Part shown: piece after piece, positions 13,401 to 35,417 of the stretch
How the letters are laid out: every line of letters begins with the position of its first letter
Numbering within the stretch: position 1 is the stretch's first letter
Assembly (NCBI RefSeq): GCF_002571385.2
Contig: NW_019217784.1
Span: 791,218 to 855,217 of the forward strand
DNA length: 64,000 nucleotides
Direction of reading: 5' to 3'
Origin: Stylophora pistillata
Lineage: Eukaryota
The notes under the pieces: model-generated
The model's database searches: none
What the model was told of the DNA's origin: nothing
What the model saw: only the letters and a program-made list of their open reading frames with translations
Program-made: the position numbers and the translations under genes

Positions 13401-14940
13401 GTGACAAGACAGGTTGTATCATCCTCATCTGTGGTCAACAACCTTGTGATTTCTTCACAAATATCCATCCTTCCAACAAAATTAGGAACCTTTCTGGGAA
13501 GGCCAACAGATCTTGGTCTCCGTTCATTATCCTCACAGGGCTGTTCACCTGCAAATAAAAAAAAAAAATTGTTTGTTATAACTTCAACTAAGTAATTGCA
13601 TCATTAAGTGAATAGGTATGGGGGACAGAGAGAGATAAATTTTCTTTAAAGTTTGATTCAGGGGTGATTCTGCTGGGACAAATTACAACTTAATCATTCT
13701 TGGGGTGAGGAAGGTTAAGAGAATAAGCCCCTTCCCCTTGAGAATCTCCAGATTAAGAAGGGAAATCTACTCCCCATGGAATGTTTGATTAATTGTGACA
13801 CATAAAAATGCCACTTGGTCAAACCACATCACTTTTATCAGTTACAACTGGTAACAAATACAGTCATCAACACCTGCACCAACAGAACTGCATAATTTGA
13901 ACATTTCAATGAACCTGCTACACATAGCTTCCCAAGAATATTTAGCGATAACCTTCGAATATTTTATTATCAAAGGCACTTTTTTCCACTGTAAAATATT
14001 TGCAAAGTAAGTAACCAGCAATTTCTGGGCTAGATTGCCATCAAAACTGACCCTCTGAAATTTTATTTTAAGAAAATCCCCTCTACGGTGGTGGAGGGGC
14101 ATGAACATTTTCTGGAACTAGACAGTAGAGACATCAGACCTACTGAACAGTCATACATTCAGTCACACAGCTGACCACTAGCTGCTACACAGGAAGCAAA
14201 ACATGTGCAAATTTATGGTCACGAAAAGACATGGGATGTTTGGTTTGAGATGCCACCTTCCCTTAGACAGCTGTTTGTCTCCAGTGCATCATAAGGCTGG
14301 CTATCTCAATTCACATAAAGGACCATTAGAAACATTCACCAGAAATGCTTGGAAATAAAATAACTCAGTCTGTAATTACAACTTTTCATTCATGATTTAT
14401 CAGCTGGCCGAATGCCAATCTAAACAGTACGTCTACTCTACTTGTTAGACTGCACAGATATCATCGCGTAAAAGAAAGGTATGTCGAATAAGGTAATCAA
14501 ATAGTTAAAGATTACTACACTACGTGTAAATTATTTGCGATTGTCATATAAAAAATTTAACTATGAACAGAAATAAATAGATTTTCTTACCCTCTATACG
14601 CATCTTAATTGGAAAACGTACACGAATATTTTATGCTCCCGTAGAATCAACATATCTCAATACCTGACATATGGCGATGGATCTCATTGGCCAAGAAACT
14701 ACGGCCGGAGCCATGAAGAGCAGCCAAAAACGATTCAAAGGCACCAGGACCACATCGAGAAAGCACATCCAACAGGTAAAATGCCTTTCCCTCACTAGTG
14801 GTTTCAGCCAGGATCAATTCTTTACTTGCTTCGTCAAGAATTTCGTTGGTAAAAAGTACTTCTGTTATCCTCCTTGCATCAATATTCCGCGAGATATGTA
14901 GCCGAAACTTCCTTAACACTTTCCTATGTGATTCCTCCAT
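10407..14940 (-). CDS. CARD + NB-ARC/STAND ATPase + TPR protein (~791 aa); exons 14940-14664, 13548-11887, 11310-11104, 10636-10407
   Basis: Exon 1 is a caspase-2/RAIDD-like CARD (LLDVLSRCGPGAFESFLAAL). Exon 2 has LPRKVPNFVGR, Walker A APPGFGKT (13393-13370), Walker B LILDNAED, LITSR, GIPL and LHPLV. Exons 3-4 have kinesin-light-chain-type TPRs (LLGQHPFTASLLHYLG; LLGDNHVDTARAYYGLG). All introns are GT-AG and keep the frame. Confidence 0.9.
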
Positions 14941-15046
14941 GTTCTACCTCAACAAAACAAGTTAATGTTGGGGAGAGCAAACGTTTTCAAACGGTTTATA
15001 AGACGACCTCTCAGCTCGTGATTTCACAAAAGAGTTACTTCAAGCT

Positions 15047-15213
15047 TTCTCGGAAATTCCGGAAATGATAGTAAAGCGTTTGCGTAGTGAGGCCACCGGA
15101 AACTGTATCCACCAAAAACAATGTTAATCGTTGATGGGAAAGTCCCACCTGTGAAACTTTTCACCATAATATAAGAATCATTTCAAAACAAGCATTTCCC
15201 TGGGAAAGTTTCC
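15047..15213 (-). promoter_or_regulatory. Cluster of NF-kB and STAT(GAS)/ETS-like sites upstream of the CARD-STAND-TPR gene
   Basis: GGGAAAGTCCC at 15136-15146 (canonical GGGACTTTCC on the - strand), GGGAAAGTTTCC at 15202-15213, CGGAAATTCC at 15051-15060, GAS TTCTCGGAA at 15047-15055 and TTCCGGAAA at 15057-15065. All lie within 107-273 bp of the ATG. Confidence 0.65.
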
Positions 15214-15273
15214 TCGATATGTTTACAGAGCTGTGTAATTTATATTGTAACTTCCTTTTCGGAGTGTTAACTA

Positions 15274-15680
15274 GACAAGACAAGACAATACAAGACAGGA
15301 CAAGATTTATTTGAACTGTAAAATTACCTTAGTTACAAATTAAACGAGAAATAAATTAAAAATACATGCAGTTGCTGGTCACCCAAAATAACTAAATAGC
15401 TAAACTAGTTGGGTGACCACCATATATTAATTGAAAATAAATATAAAGTCAGAAAAGAGGCATTTTCACCATTTAACATTTTAAATTCTTATTAAGGAAA
15501 TAGATTACAGAACAAATAATTCTTAAACACGTATACAATAAAAAAAGTAAATGAAATATATAACTAAATAACAGAAACACCAAAACATAACAGTTAGTAA
15601 TAAAACTTAAGACAAATTAATGAAATGCATAGATAATTCTCTTTTGAATGAATAGCGCGTTAGAATCTTCCTTTAGAGTG
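15274..15680 (-). mobile_element. LINE (L2/CR1-type) 3' end fragment
   Basis: (CTTGT)n-like simple-repeat tail preceded by AATAAA on the - strand, and a 3' stem-loop GGTCACCCAA...TTGGGTGACC. The boundary at 15680 is approximate. Confidence 0.5.
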
Positions 15681-16675
15681 TTTTGATAATACTCTGTGAG
15701 CCGCTTGCCGCAACCCGATTCGTTGGCTAATTACAATCTATTAGTGATTTCTCCACTCATCTTCCTTTGAAGATTAACCACACATAATTTCCAAGTGGAA
15801 AGATTGCCCGCAGAAGTTATTAGTTTTTTGGAGCAGTGATTTTGTACTGATTAGAAAGTCCCATTAATTAGTGATAGTAACTGTATCGGATTTCCGCTGA
15901 GCTTTGCTCCTTCCTGTAACTCAGGGACTCCTTCCTGGAGCACTTGTTGAAAACAAAGTTAAATATCAAAAAGGGAGAACCAGTTTTTTTGCATCCAAAA
16001 TTTCAATAATAAAAACACGCCTAAATCAGTACACAGGCTACACCACTGTTTGTATGATTACTAAGGCTTGTAAATGTGAAGATTTTATCCTTATTACCTT
16101 AAAAGTCCTTAAAAGCTACAGTTTCAAGATAATTACAATGTAGAACATGGTATACCTTACCAAACTCCGGCTGCGACACTCCTCGCCTAAGCAGGGGCCG
16201 TGTTTGCTCTCCTGATAAGGCTGACTGGGAATTGACTTAGACTCATGTAGCATGACGGTAAGCAGATGTTTTTCAATTTAAGAGATTGCAGATATAGTCC
16301 AACGATCAGAAGCACGAAATGACAGGCAGGCAAAGTAGACGTATAATCGCAGGCGATACGCAGTAAAACAGACTTTCGCCGAGGTAAACACCGTAAGGTC
16401 AATGAGAGAGTACCGAGTCAGTGACTCATATCGCAACGAGTTGTGGCAGTTTTACAAAGAAAACACAAAAATATTCCATGTGTCCTGAGGGTTATGGCCG
16501 AGTCGAAGCTTATAAAGATATTGTTTTCTCTTTTAACATTCCCAACTTCCAAAGGAAACTTTTGACGTGATAAAAGGCGCTCTTGACATTTTTAAACTTG
16601 AGACTGCATAGGACACAATAAAAGCATAAGTGACCAATTAATTGACGTTATTAAGTATCGTAATTGTTAGGACAG

Positions 16676-16796
16676 CCAATCAGAGGACGGCTCACGGATT
16701 CCCCATGACGACTGTTTTAGTTTACAATTTGTGCTTTATCTAATCTCGATCTAGCGTGGATGTTGGCACATAAGACATTACTTTTATCATAGTAAC
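16676..16796 (+). promoter_or_regulatory. CCAAT box and two RFX X-box-like motifs upstream of the uncharacterised gene
   Basis: CCAAT at about 16676; TTCCCCATGACGAC at 16699-16712; TTTATCATAGTAAC at 16783-16796 (near match to GTTNYYATRGNAAC). Confidence 0.35.
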
Positions 16797-16846
16797 TGCG
16801 AACAGTTTTCACCCAGCCATCTTTTAACTGCACTTTGTTTCTAAAA

Positions 16847-19800
16847 ATGCCACAGTGGGTACAGTTGCCTCCGAATTTGCTACCGGAGAAACACACGATG
16901 GGAAAGTCAATCTACACTACTGACTATTCAAGCAGGAGACCTGGTTTTCAACTTCACCTTCAAAAGGCTCGCGGATTGCAAAGCAGCAAACATCATCCAC
17001 CGGTACCAAAGGTTCGGTCTCTTAATACTTGCTTAATTGCCTAGTCAAGCCAAGTCATGTATAAGCTAGTTAACATCTAAACTTATAGGCATATAAATTC
17101 ACATGGCTGCCTTTCCTCCCGGTTTTAATTTGAAAGTATTACTGTAAAGTCACTACTATGATTTGTTTTGTACCGGTCGGATTTTAAAATGTTTTTCATC
17201 AGTTGAAATACTCATGAATGATTATAACACGAATCTATAATCCTTGTTCCTTCAGAAACCCGACAGAAAGACGATGCGAGCGCATCAGACCGGCAATTAC
17301 CTCGATTTTAAAGAAGATTTTGTGAAAGCTTTGTCCACTGTGAGCACACACAAACCATGGAATTTTCGATTAGACGTTGACGTAACAACACCCGACGACT
17401 CCAGATCGGCAGGTACTTTAATTAATTTTCAGCAATGAATAATGCTATGTCTACCATTGTCGCACATTTCATGACGCAAATTCCGATAATAAGTTCCCAA
17501 TATGTCGTCAGGAAACGCCATTGAAACAGGAAGGTCACAAAGTTTGTTTGCAAGGATTTTTCTTCGCAAGGATTTCTTCCCATAAAAATGGTTATTTATA
17601 ATTTTGTGTCCCTCTCATCTGTACTTACCTACGAAAGCATTGATTTCTACCGCACATAGTTCCTTTTGAACAATTTTTAGTTTTCCTGTAGAAGGACAAT
17701 ATAGATATTAGCCGAAAGCTTTTAATCCTTCAGACGCACCAACGTGTCAAGTCAGTCAAGGTATCCTATTGTTTATTTGAGTGGTCCAAAATGTTAAGTC
17801 AAACGAGAATCTCAAGAGGACATGAAAAACTTTGACGTTAATTTCACTTTTTGGATGTTAATTCTGAGAGACCAAGGAATTTCATCGAAAGAGTTCTGAG
17901 AGGAAAAAGTAAACACGTGCAGATTATTTGGAAGTATCTCTTTACTAGGTGTCGCTCAAAGTAAACTAAAGACACTAAAGGACTTCAACAATTGACCCGC
18001 ACAGCTGACACAGGGATTTTAGTGCACGAGAGGTGTTAGCATATCCAATGAAAAACGAAATAATAAAACGGATGAAGGCAAATTGCACTAGCCACAGTTC
18101 TGTCATTACCTTAGGGTTGTGTTTTCTTACTGTTATTTCTTGGATTTTTTCTTTATTTTTCTTGCCTAGCCACACATTCAGAAAAGGCTTTGTTACAGAA
18201 ATTTATTCAGCCAACATTAGAATTAGTGGAGGAGGCCTGGCGAGGAGAAGTGACCAGCACGAAACGGGATCGAGGTATTTGAACAATAGATAGAAAGTTA
18301 GTGTTATCCCGGTGCCGTGTGGGTACCATTCAATGAAATTATTACTTTTTAAATTTCATCGGCAGATCGACACTATACTGTGGCTGGACAGAAAGCTGAA
18401 CTACACAGTAGATCTGAAAGACGCGAGGTATGACATTAGCAGAATAGGAACTTATTCTGTTAATTAATGAGGATTGCGACAGATTTTCCATCCTATTTGT
18501 TTTGAAGTTGCGCTTTTGTCAAAAACGATTTTCATTTCTCAATTCAGTTGTGGAGGTCAAATCAAGCACGCAGTTTTCTGAAGTAAAATATGGGAACTGA
18601 GATAATCGGCGGTACAACATGAAGGAGAATCATTAAAATTTGAGCATAGTACATGACAATTTGTAGAAACGCACTGGGGTCCACTGTGGCCTGACTACTC
18701 TCTGCTACTTTCAATTAAATTACCTTATGTTTTTTTCCGTTTGGGCGAAGGCGAAGCGGCCTGTTCTGCCTGGCGTTAACAAATGGTTGCGGTCTTCAAA
18801 TGAATATGGTAATTCAATGTTTTTTTTATCTATTGTCTTCCATGATTCCCGGTCAGCGGTGATCTTCTGTTGTTTTGGGTTAAATTAGAGTTTCTTGGTT
18901 TCCTTTCAGAAAAGGCAGTTGTTCACAACTTCATGAACACATTAAACAATGCGTCCTCGAGTTCTGTACATATGAAACAGAGTGTACCTAAAGCCACGGA
19001 GAAGAAAACTACGAAACCTCAATTTACAAAGGAGTTATATTTTCAACAACGAGCAAAAAGTGCTCGGTCCCAAAGGGTAACAGAACGCCCCACACTTCCA
19101 CCACGTCCCAAATCTGTTAGATCAGTAAGGTTAGTGAATTTCTCTAGGAAAAGTGTGTATTGCTTAAGACATAAAGGTTACTGAAGCTGAGAATGACAAT
19201 TCTTAGTTCGCTGAACTTCAGAGAGTGTTGGAGGGCGGACCTCGGATAGTCGTTAAATCGGTATTGTTAAATTCGTTTTGACCACCATGTATTCTCTCTT
19301 AACCCGAAAAGCTGCTCTGAGTACGATACATGATGCATCACCACTGTAAGTCTTTCGGGGTCATGGGTGTCTGCCTGACAAACACAAATGAGAAACAAAA
19401 TATCGAACAGAAATTGAAAGGATTTGGGAAGAGTGCCAACTCTTACCATTTGTCTTCCTCCACTCATCCCTTACTGTCAGTCCAAATATGGTATTATGTC
19501 AATGGATTTGTGCACTGTGCTAAAAAATTATTATATTTTACGGCTTGTTCGTTAGGGATGAAGACAAAGTTGCCGAGATAACCCAAACTCAAGTCGTGGA
19601 ACAAGCACACCCCCATCACTTCAATCACCCGGAAGGAAAGTGTGAATTTTGTGATTATTTAAGAGTGAAGAGGTTGTTGGAGCACCTAAATAAGTAAGTT
19701 GCACGCCTTCTGTTAACAAGTAATGTATTGCAATGTATTGCAGTGAACGCGACGGGAGGCGCGATGATAAGAGATGTTTGCTACTCAATATCTCTGTCAG

Positions 19801-20088
19801 GTAAAAATGTGTACAGTTTGTGATGGGTCCGTAACTTATCAAATTTGAACATTTGATTTTTATATCAATGTCTCCAGGTACGGATCCTGTGGTATGGGAG
19901 AAGCAACCCTTACACACTTACTAAGGCCTCGAGTGGACCCCACATACAACACAAGTTCTGAAGATTACGACTACGTACACGAAAATTCATTTTTCACCAA
20001 CACTAGCGCACGAGATCGAGGCTACTTCATTATAGCTCCTGACTGGGTTTCAGAAAGGAAGGGTGTAATGTCTACCCATTACCAATGA
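16847..20088 (+). CDS. Uncharacterised multi-exon protein; exons 16847-17011, 17256-17412, (17734-17760), 18170-18274, 18366-18427, 18751-18808, 18910-19129, 19878-20088
   Basis: GT-AG exons chain in a consistent phase into one ORF: MPQWVQLPP...GKSIYTTDY...KWLRSSNEYEKAVVHNFM...DRGYFIIAPDWVSERKGVMSTHYQ. The small internal exons are less certain. Confidence 0.65.
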
Positions 20089-20603
20089 CCAGCGGCCATC
20101 TCTACGTTCTGCAAGCTCCCTACGGCTCGAGATGAATTTCCTCTACAGTAATACAAAGGGAAAATTTGATAATGACCGGTTATTCTTCTTCGCAGTTGAA
20201 CGACTATCTAAAACATACAAAACCGAACAATTTGTCGTGTAAATGGAACGTCCAATTACATCGCAATTTTGTTGTAGTCTATAAATATTTCTTATCGTGT
20301 CAAGACAACAAAGAACAGAGATAATTTTTCAGAGTTAATATATTTTGATTTGTACGATCTCAAGACTAAGAATATTGATTTTACTGGTTAAAGTTTGATT
20401 TTGAAAACTATTTAAACAGTGGATGTTTTGTTTGATGTAAATATTGACCTATGAAGCCTGCTTGAAATATTTAATAAATTCCGAACATTTAGCAATCAAA
20501 GTTTATGTAGCAGGGTTTAAATTAAAGAAAGCGAGTTAATAGCCCACGTCCTTCACTTAACTCCTCCTCAGTAGACTCTATCGCCTTTTCCTTGTTACCA
20601 TGC

Positions 20604-30280
<9,677 letters not shown>

Positions 30281-33200
30281 CTTTAAAAGTAAAACAAAGA
30301 GTTCGAAAGATCTAAATCATGTGGAAAGGAGAATTCATCGAACTCATCGGCCCATGATGATGGAAAGGCCGCGGAGGTGTTGAGGTCTGGTACCAATTTT
30401 GCACCCTTGGCGTCGCGCTGGCAATGTTGCGTAATAATTCCACTTCTTCCCAGGACCTCAGTCAAACCATTCCACCCTAAAGTGCACCCGGAAAAAATTC
30501 CAATAGCCTACGGATATTGAGATACAAACAAACAAACCAAAATTATATGCAGAAAAAAAGAGAGACCCGAAACCACTTTTGGAAAAGATAAGGAACGGAC
30601 TTCTCAGTGTATCTGCGAGATATTTCCTTCCATTCTTTGAGAAGTGACAGATAGGTCCCACGGAAAGCATAAGAATCTATGGACATGCGCCCAATGATTT
30701 CTCTATATATGTTTAAGAAAGAAGATTCTCTAACCACATTGTAATGCGGCATTTTTTTAGGTTCTAGGTGTGCCACCAATATAATTATTAGGCACTCGAT
30801 ATGAAGTTGGGGCTTAGATACGGATATTTTAAAATGAGGGGTGCTGTGGTTAGTTACCATCTCTACGATCTAATCAACGTTTACCTCAAATGACCCACCG
30901 CACATGCCTTAAAATTTTGAAAGCGTTATTACGGAATAAGTTAGGAATTGCATGAGTTGAAGTAAGTTTTACTAACTTATTTCCGACCGAGATCAATATA
31001 TAGTTTATTTTAATGGAGCCTTTAATTTGGTCACGGCGTGCGTGCCTTCGTGAAACACTCACTTAGCAGCACGCGATAAAATATGACCGGCCCGCTCCGG
31101 TATACCAACATCGAAATGCATCTAAATATAATTAAATAAGAAAATATAATATCAAACCGTCTGAAGATCGCAGCGCAAGCTGCGTGAAACTCAGAGTAAT
31201 GGTGAAACGATCTTCCTGTCATTAATTTATAACCGCTCTAGATTAAGTTTTATATTTTCTTGCATGAACGAGATCTTTCATTTATCAAAAGTGCCCCTTT
31301 CGTTTCAGCACTTTTCAACTGGAGGCGAAAAAGCCGAACGCTCAGTATAAGGTTAACCTTATTGTGTTGTAATTTGTTCTTAAAAGCCCGTATTGCAACT
31401 TAGGAACACTCTGGCCTAGCTGGCAGAAAATTGTTACAGCCTTGCTAGGAATTCATGCCAAAGGGGTTGACTCCCTTCGGGAGATATTTAAGGTGGCAAA
31501 CTTAAGATATAGACTTTTTTGTTATAGCAACAACAAAGGCAACAACATTTATTATGAACACTGCTCATTGCATAAATTAAATTAACCAAACAATTAAATC
31601 TGTTTTCTAGCAAATTTCATCATTTTCGGGTTGCCCTTTGCCATCTTCGTAGATCGGGGAATAAGCCAATCACTTCATTAAGGCCATACTCTCTTGATGA
31701 GTGTCTTTGAAAGGAAACGATTTTTTTAAGCTTGGTTCAGTCATGGAGAAAGCGGCACAACTATCAGTCTCCCGGTCAACTGAACCCTGTCTCTAGGATA
31801 ACTGAGAGGTGTCAGGAGTTACTTTCGTTATCTTTATTTTGACCTCAGTAGTAACCCAGATTACCGGAAATCTATTTTGGAATCGTTCAAGTGAACTTCC
31901 GGACGTAAGTTGTGTTGTCCATCTAACGGTTAGCTGGCTGTCGAGTGGCTAATGGCCATCAGTCAATTGGTAAGACTTTGCAAAACAAGAGAAAATATAT
32001 TTCTTCCCGTGAGTCCGAAGTTTTCTCATCCTAAAGAGAAAAGATCCAAATGATATACATTTTGAAAGTGAGAACTCGAAACGGCCTTTCTGTTACTGGT
32101 GCCCTAAAAAATAGTTACACTGCGTGGAATATGAATCAAACTGAAGTTGGAATAACAAGGCTTTTTGTCTCAGTATGAGCTGCTCATCCCAGGCTTACTT
32201 ACCAACTCATGCGGCAACGTTGTGACGCGAGCAGTGCACTAAACGTAATGGCATTAGCTTCCTACGCCCGTCATGGCCAAAGGTCAAGACTCCGAAATAA
32301 CTATATTCAGAGAACTGTGAAATTAGTAGAATTGTGAAAGAGTCAATAAAGTTACTTTTAGGACAAACTGTTCCTCGTGCATTTTAATACTGTAATCACT
32401 GTTATTCGCCAGTCCACATAAAATGTGAACTGCTTCGGTGCAAATTGTCCTTAATTGAAACACCTTAAGCACTTCTTCTGCCACCTTGGTGCATGGTTTG
32501 CAGTGTTCACTGGTGATTTCATTCTACCTCTTTCTAAAATATACCAATTTTATTTTTGATAAAGTTTTTACATTTTTGTCATACTCTTATTACTTCATCT
32601 TTCCACAATTTTCAAGTATTCGTGTGGAGCCGTGGTAATACCACGCATTCTTTTCTATGAAAGTGGCTTTAGGTCCAGAAAAGTCGCACAGAGACTAAAT
32701 GAAGTTTTCATCAAATTGGTAAATTGAACTGATCAAAGTAACAAAAGAGTTCCATTCATACTTTTTCCACTGAACACATTTAAAACCTGAGGAAAGTTCA
32801 ATTCCAAATATCCAGGGAAAGATGTTAATTAAGAAAAAGACGATTTGTTAGATTTGAAACGCTCGATACTATCACCTAGCAATATCATCATCTCTTCCAA
32901 ACAGCATGCTTTAATGAAAAGGACAGAAAGTATATACTGTTGCTGCATGACTCTGATAATCTTTGAAGCCAACAGATTAAATTATTAATCAAATAGTCTA
33001 ACCAAAATTCTTACATTACAGACACACTCAACACACCTGTATAACTTGAACTATCTTGTTCTAGCAATTTCAGTGGATAGCTCAGTACCCAACAAAAAGC
33101 TCTGAATGGCAGTAACCTTATTCGCAAACGTTTATTCATATTGCTGAGGTTTAAAGGAGCACTTATTGGAAATCGAATTTATCACAACGAAGGGATCTGT

Positions 33201-35417
33201 GCGGCGTCTTCAAAGCTCAACGAAAAGAGCTTTACAGCAATGAGGAATATGATTTAATTTAAGACTAAGTGCTTTTAGATCATAATGTATACAATTCTGT
33301 TGCGTGGCAAGTTTCCTCTCTCATTTATGGTTAGAATGAAATGTTTAAAGAAGTTATTGATGAATTGTGAGCAAAGAAATTATTTCTACCAGTTTAATAA
33401 AAACTTTCTTTCCTTATGATGACCACTTTCCGTCGCTACTTTGTTCAAACTTCCCTTGCTGTTGTGACAGCTTTTGCACGGTAAAAAATAGCAATTAAAG
33501 CGAAGTACAAATCAATTCTATGTTAATTATAACTGCCAGAAACATCAACTGCTCAGTCTGCATCAGTTTGCCGAATAGAGATTCTTCATGTTTTTAACAT
33601 AGTGTGAATGTTCCAAACGAGAAGAAAGAACCAAATGTTGAGGACTTGCAAACTTCAATATTGCGGGTTCTTATTCTCATTTAGCATAAGAGTCTAAAAA
33701 AGACAGATGTAATTGCTATTTTTTTCTACGGGCCGAAGTGTTCTTGTTTTTAGTTTTTATTTTCTGTTGATAAATTTTTTTTCTATTTCATTATAACATC
33801 AAATTCTTCCGAAACACGCGGAATCAATTTTGTTAAATTTGTCTTCATGCGGTCAAACTAACAAGACGGCAGAACACCATAAAGCCATATATCACATCCA
33901 ACCGCATACAGAAGACAGTCACCGACCTTTCACTTCCTTTCATTATTTACAAAAATGATAAATTAAATAAAGCAAAACATTATATTATAACCTACATTGA
34001 GCACGTTAAAATTCCCAAATTGAAAAGTTTGCGCATAAAAAATTCATGACATGAAAGAAAATCTTCCGTGAGCGCTTTTTGCTCTAGATGAATCAGATAG
34101 CTTTAAAGAATATCCATGTCACTGACGCGCAGTGCTTGATTTAAACGCTTTTGTCATCTACCGCTCTGCGATTGCTGTTGCGGTAGCAGTTAAGAACTGA
34201 AGCACTATTCTTTATGTAAATTAGTTACTCCCCCACAAAGCAAGTCTATTTGGAAGATTTTGTGTAATGTTTATATTTCGGTACATCATTTACCTTTTAT
34301 ACTGATTTCAAAGATAGCTTATTGCACAGCGAAATAATATTAAACAGCAAATGGGAGTAAATTGCTCTCAAAAATAGCCTCCGGGCATGAATAGAGCTGA
34401 GTATCCATCGCCCTTCAAAAATAAAGTTATCAAAATGATCCACTGACTGACTTGGCTGACTCTATATCGAGTAGAAACCAAAATAGATGTACTCGTTCTG
34501 TTAGTGACTGCAGTTCTTTCAAACAGCTAAGCCTCTTATGAAAAAAAATATGCTAGGGATACGTAAGGAAAGAAACAAACTCCTTCGGAAAGTCTAAATA
34601 TTTCAAATGTCGATTTCAGATTCATCTCTTGGTGGACCTGATATGGTTGAATTCGCCAACAGTAGGACTAATATGAATTTACTGAGATACATTAAGTAAC
34701 CATGTCAACTTTGAATGGATTTGAGAGTCGATGCCACGTTCAAAAGCTGCCTTTTTTTGCTTTCCTCTCTCTAGAAATATCGTGCAACTGAACGCGTTTT
34801 TGATAGTGTCAGAAAAACAGAAGCTATATAACCAAGCTACACAAAAGAAGATTTTCTTTCAGATGAATTCACTCTCTAGAAAGCTTTCTTTCTATTCAAA
34901 CTTTATTGAGATTTTTGTACTTCGATAATATTTCACTAAATAAGACGTCTTACTCTTTATTTCTACTAGTGTTTCATCTACTTAACCATATCGCCATGTG
35001 TAAAAAATTGACTTATCCGTTGGCTAATTGAGTGAAAATGTCGACGCATCATATCAAATGCAATTTGGTGTTTTGTTTCTATAATCTCTTTTAAAGCTTA
35101 GGTCATTTTTCCTTGTCCGACAGGGTGAAATACATCAATTTCAGGGATTGAGTTATGTTATGGTTTTGATTCAAGGACAAATATCAACGCAGGTCTTGTA
35201 ATGGTTCAAAAACAGTGTGCCTAATCATGCACAAATGAAAGAGAAACTAGTTCATTCACGAGTCTATTTGCGATATATTTCTTTTGAGCTTCTCATTAAA
35301 ATGAGCCTTGGCAGGTACGTTTCTGTTCTACTGAGAAACAGCAAAATTTCCTTCCTTAAGCAGTTTTAATTGTCACATTCCCTCAGCTTTTGTGAGTTTT
35401 TACGGAAACAGTTTCTT

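Noticed and set aside
30283-30860. Short ORFs upstream of RIOK2
   Set aside because: No motifs; most simply the RIOK2 5'UTR or promoter.
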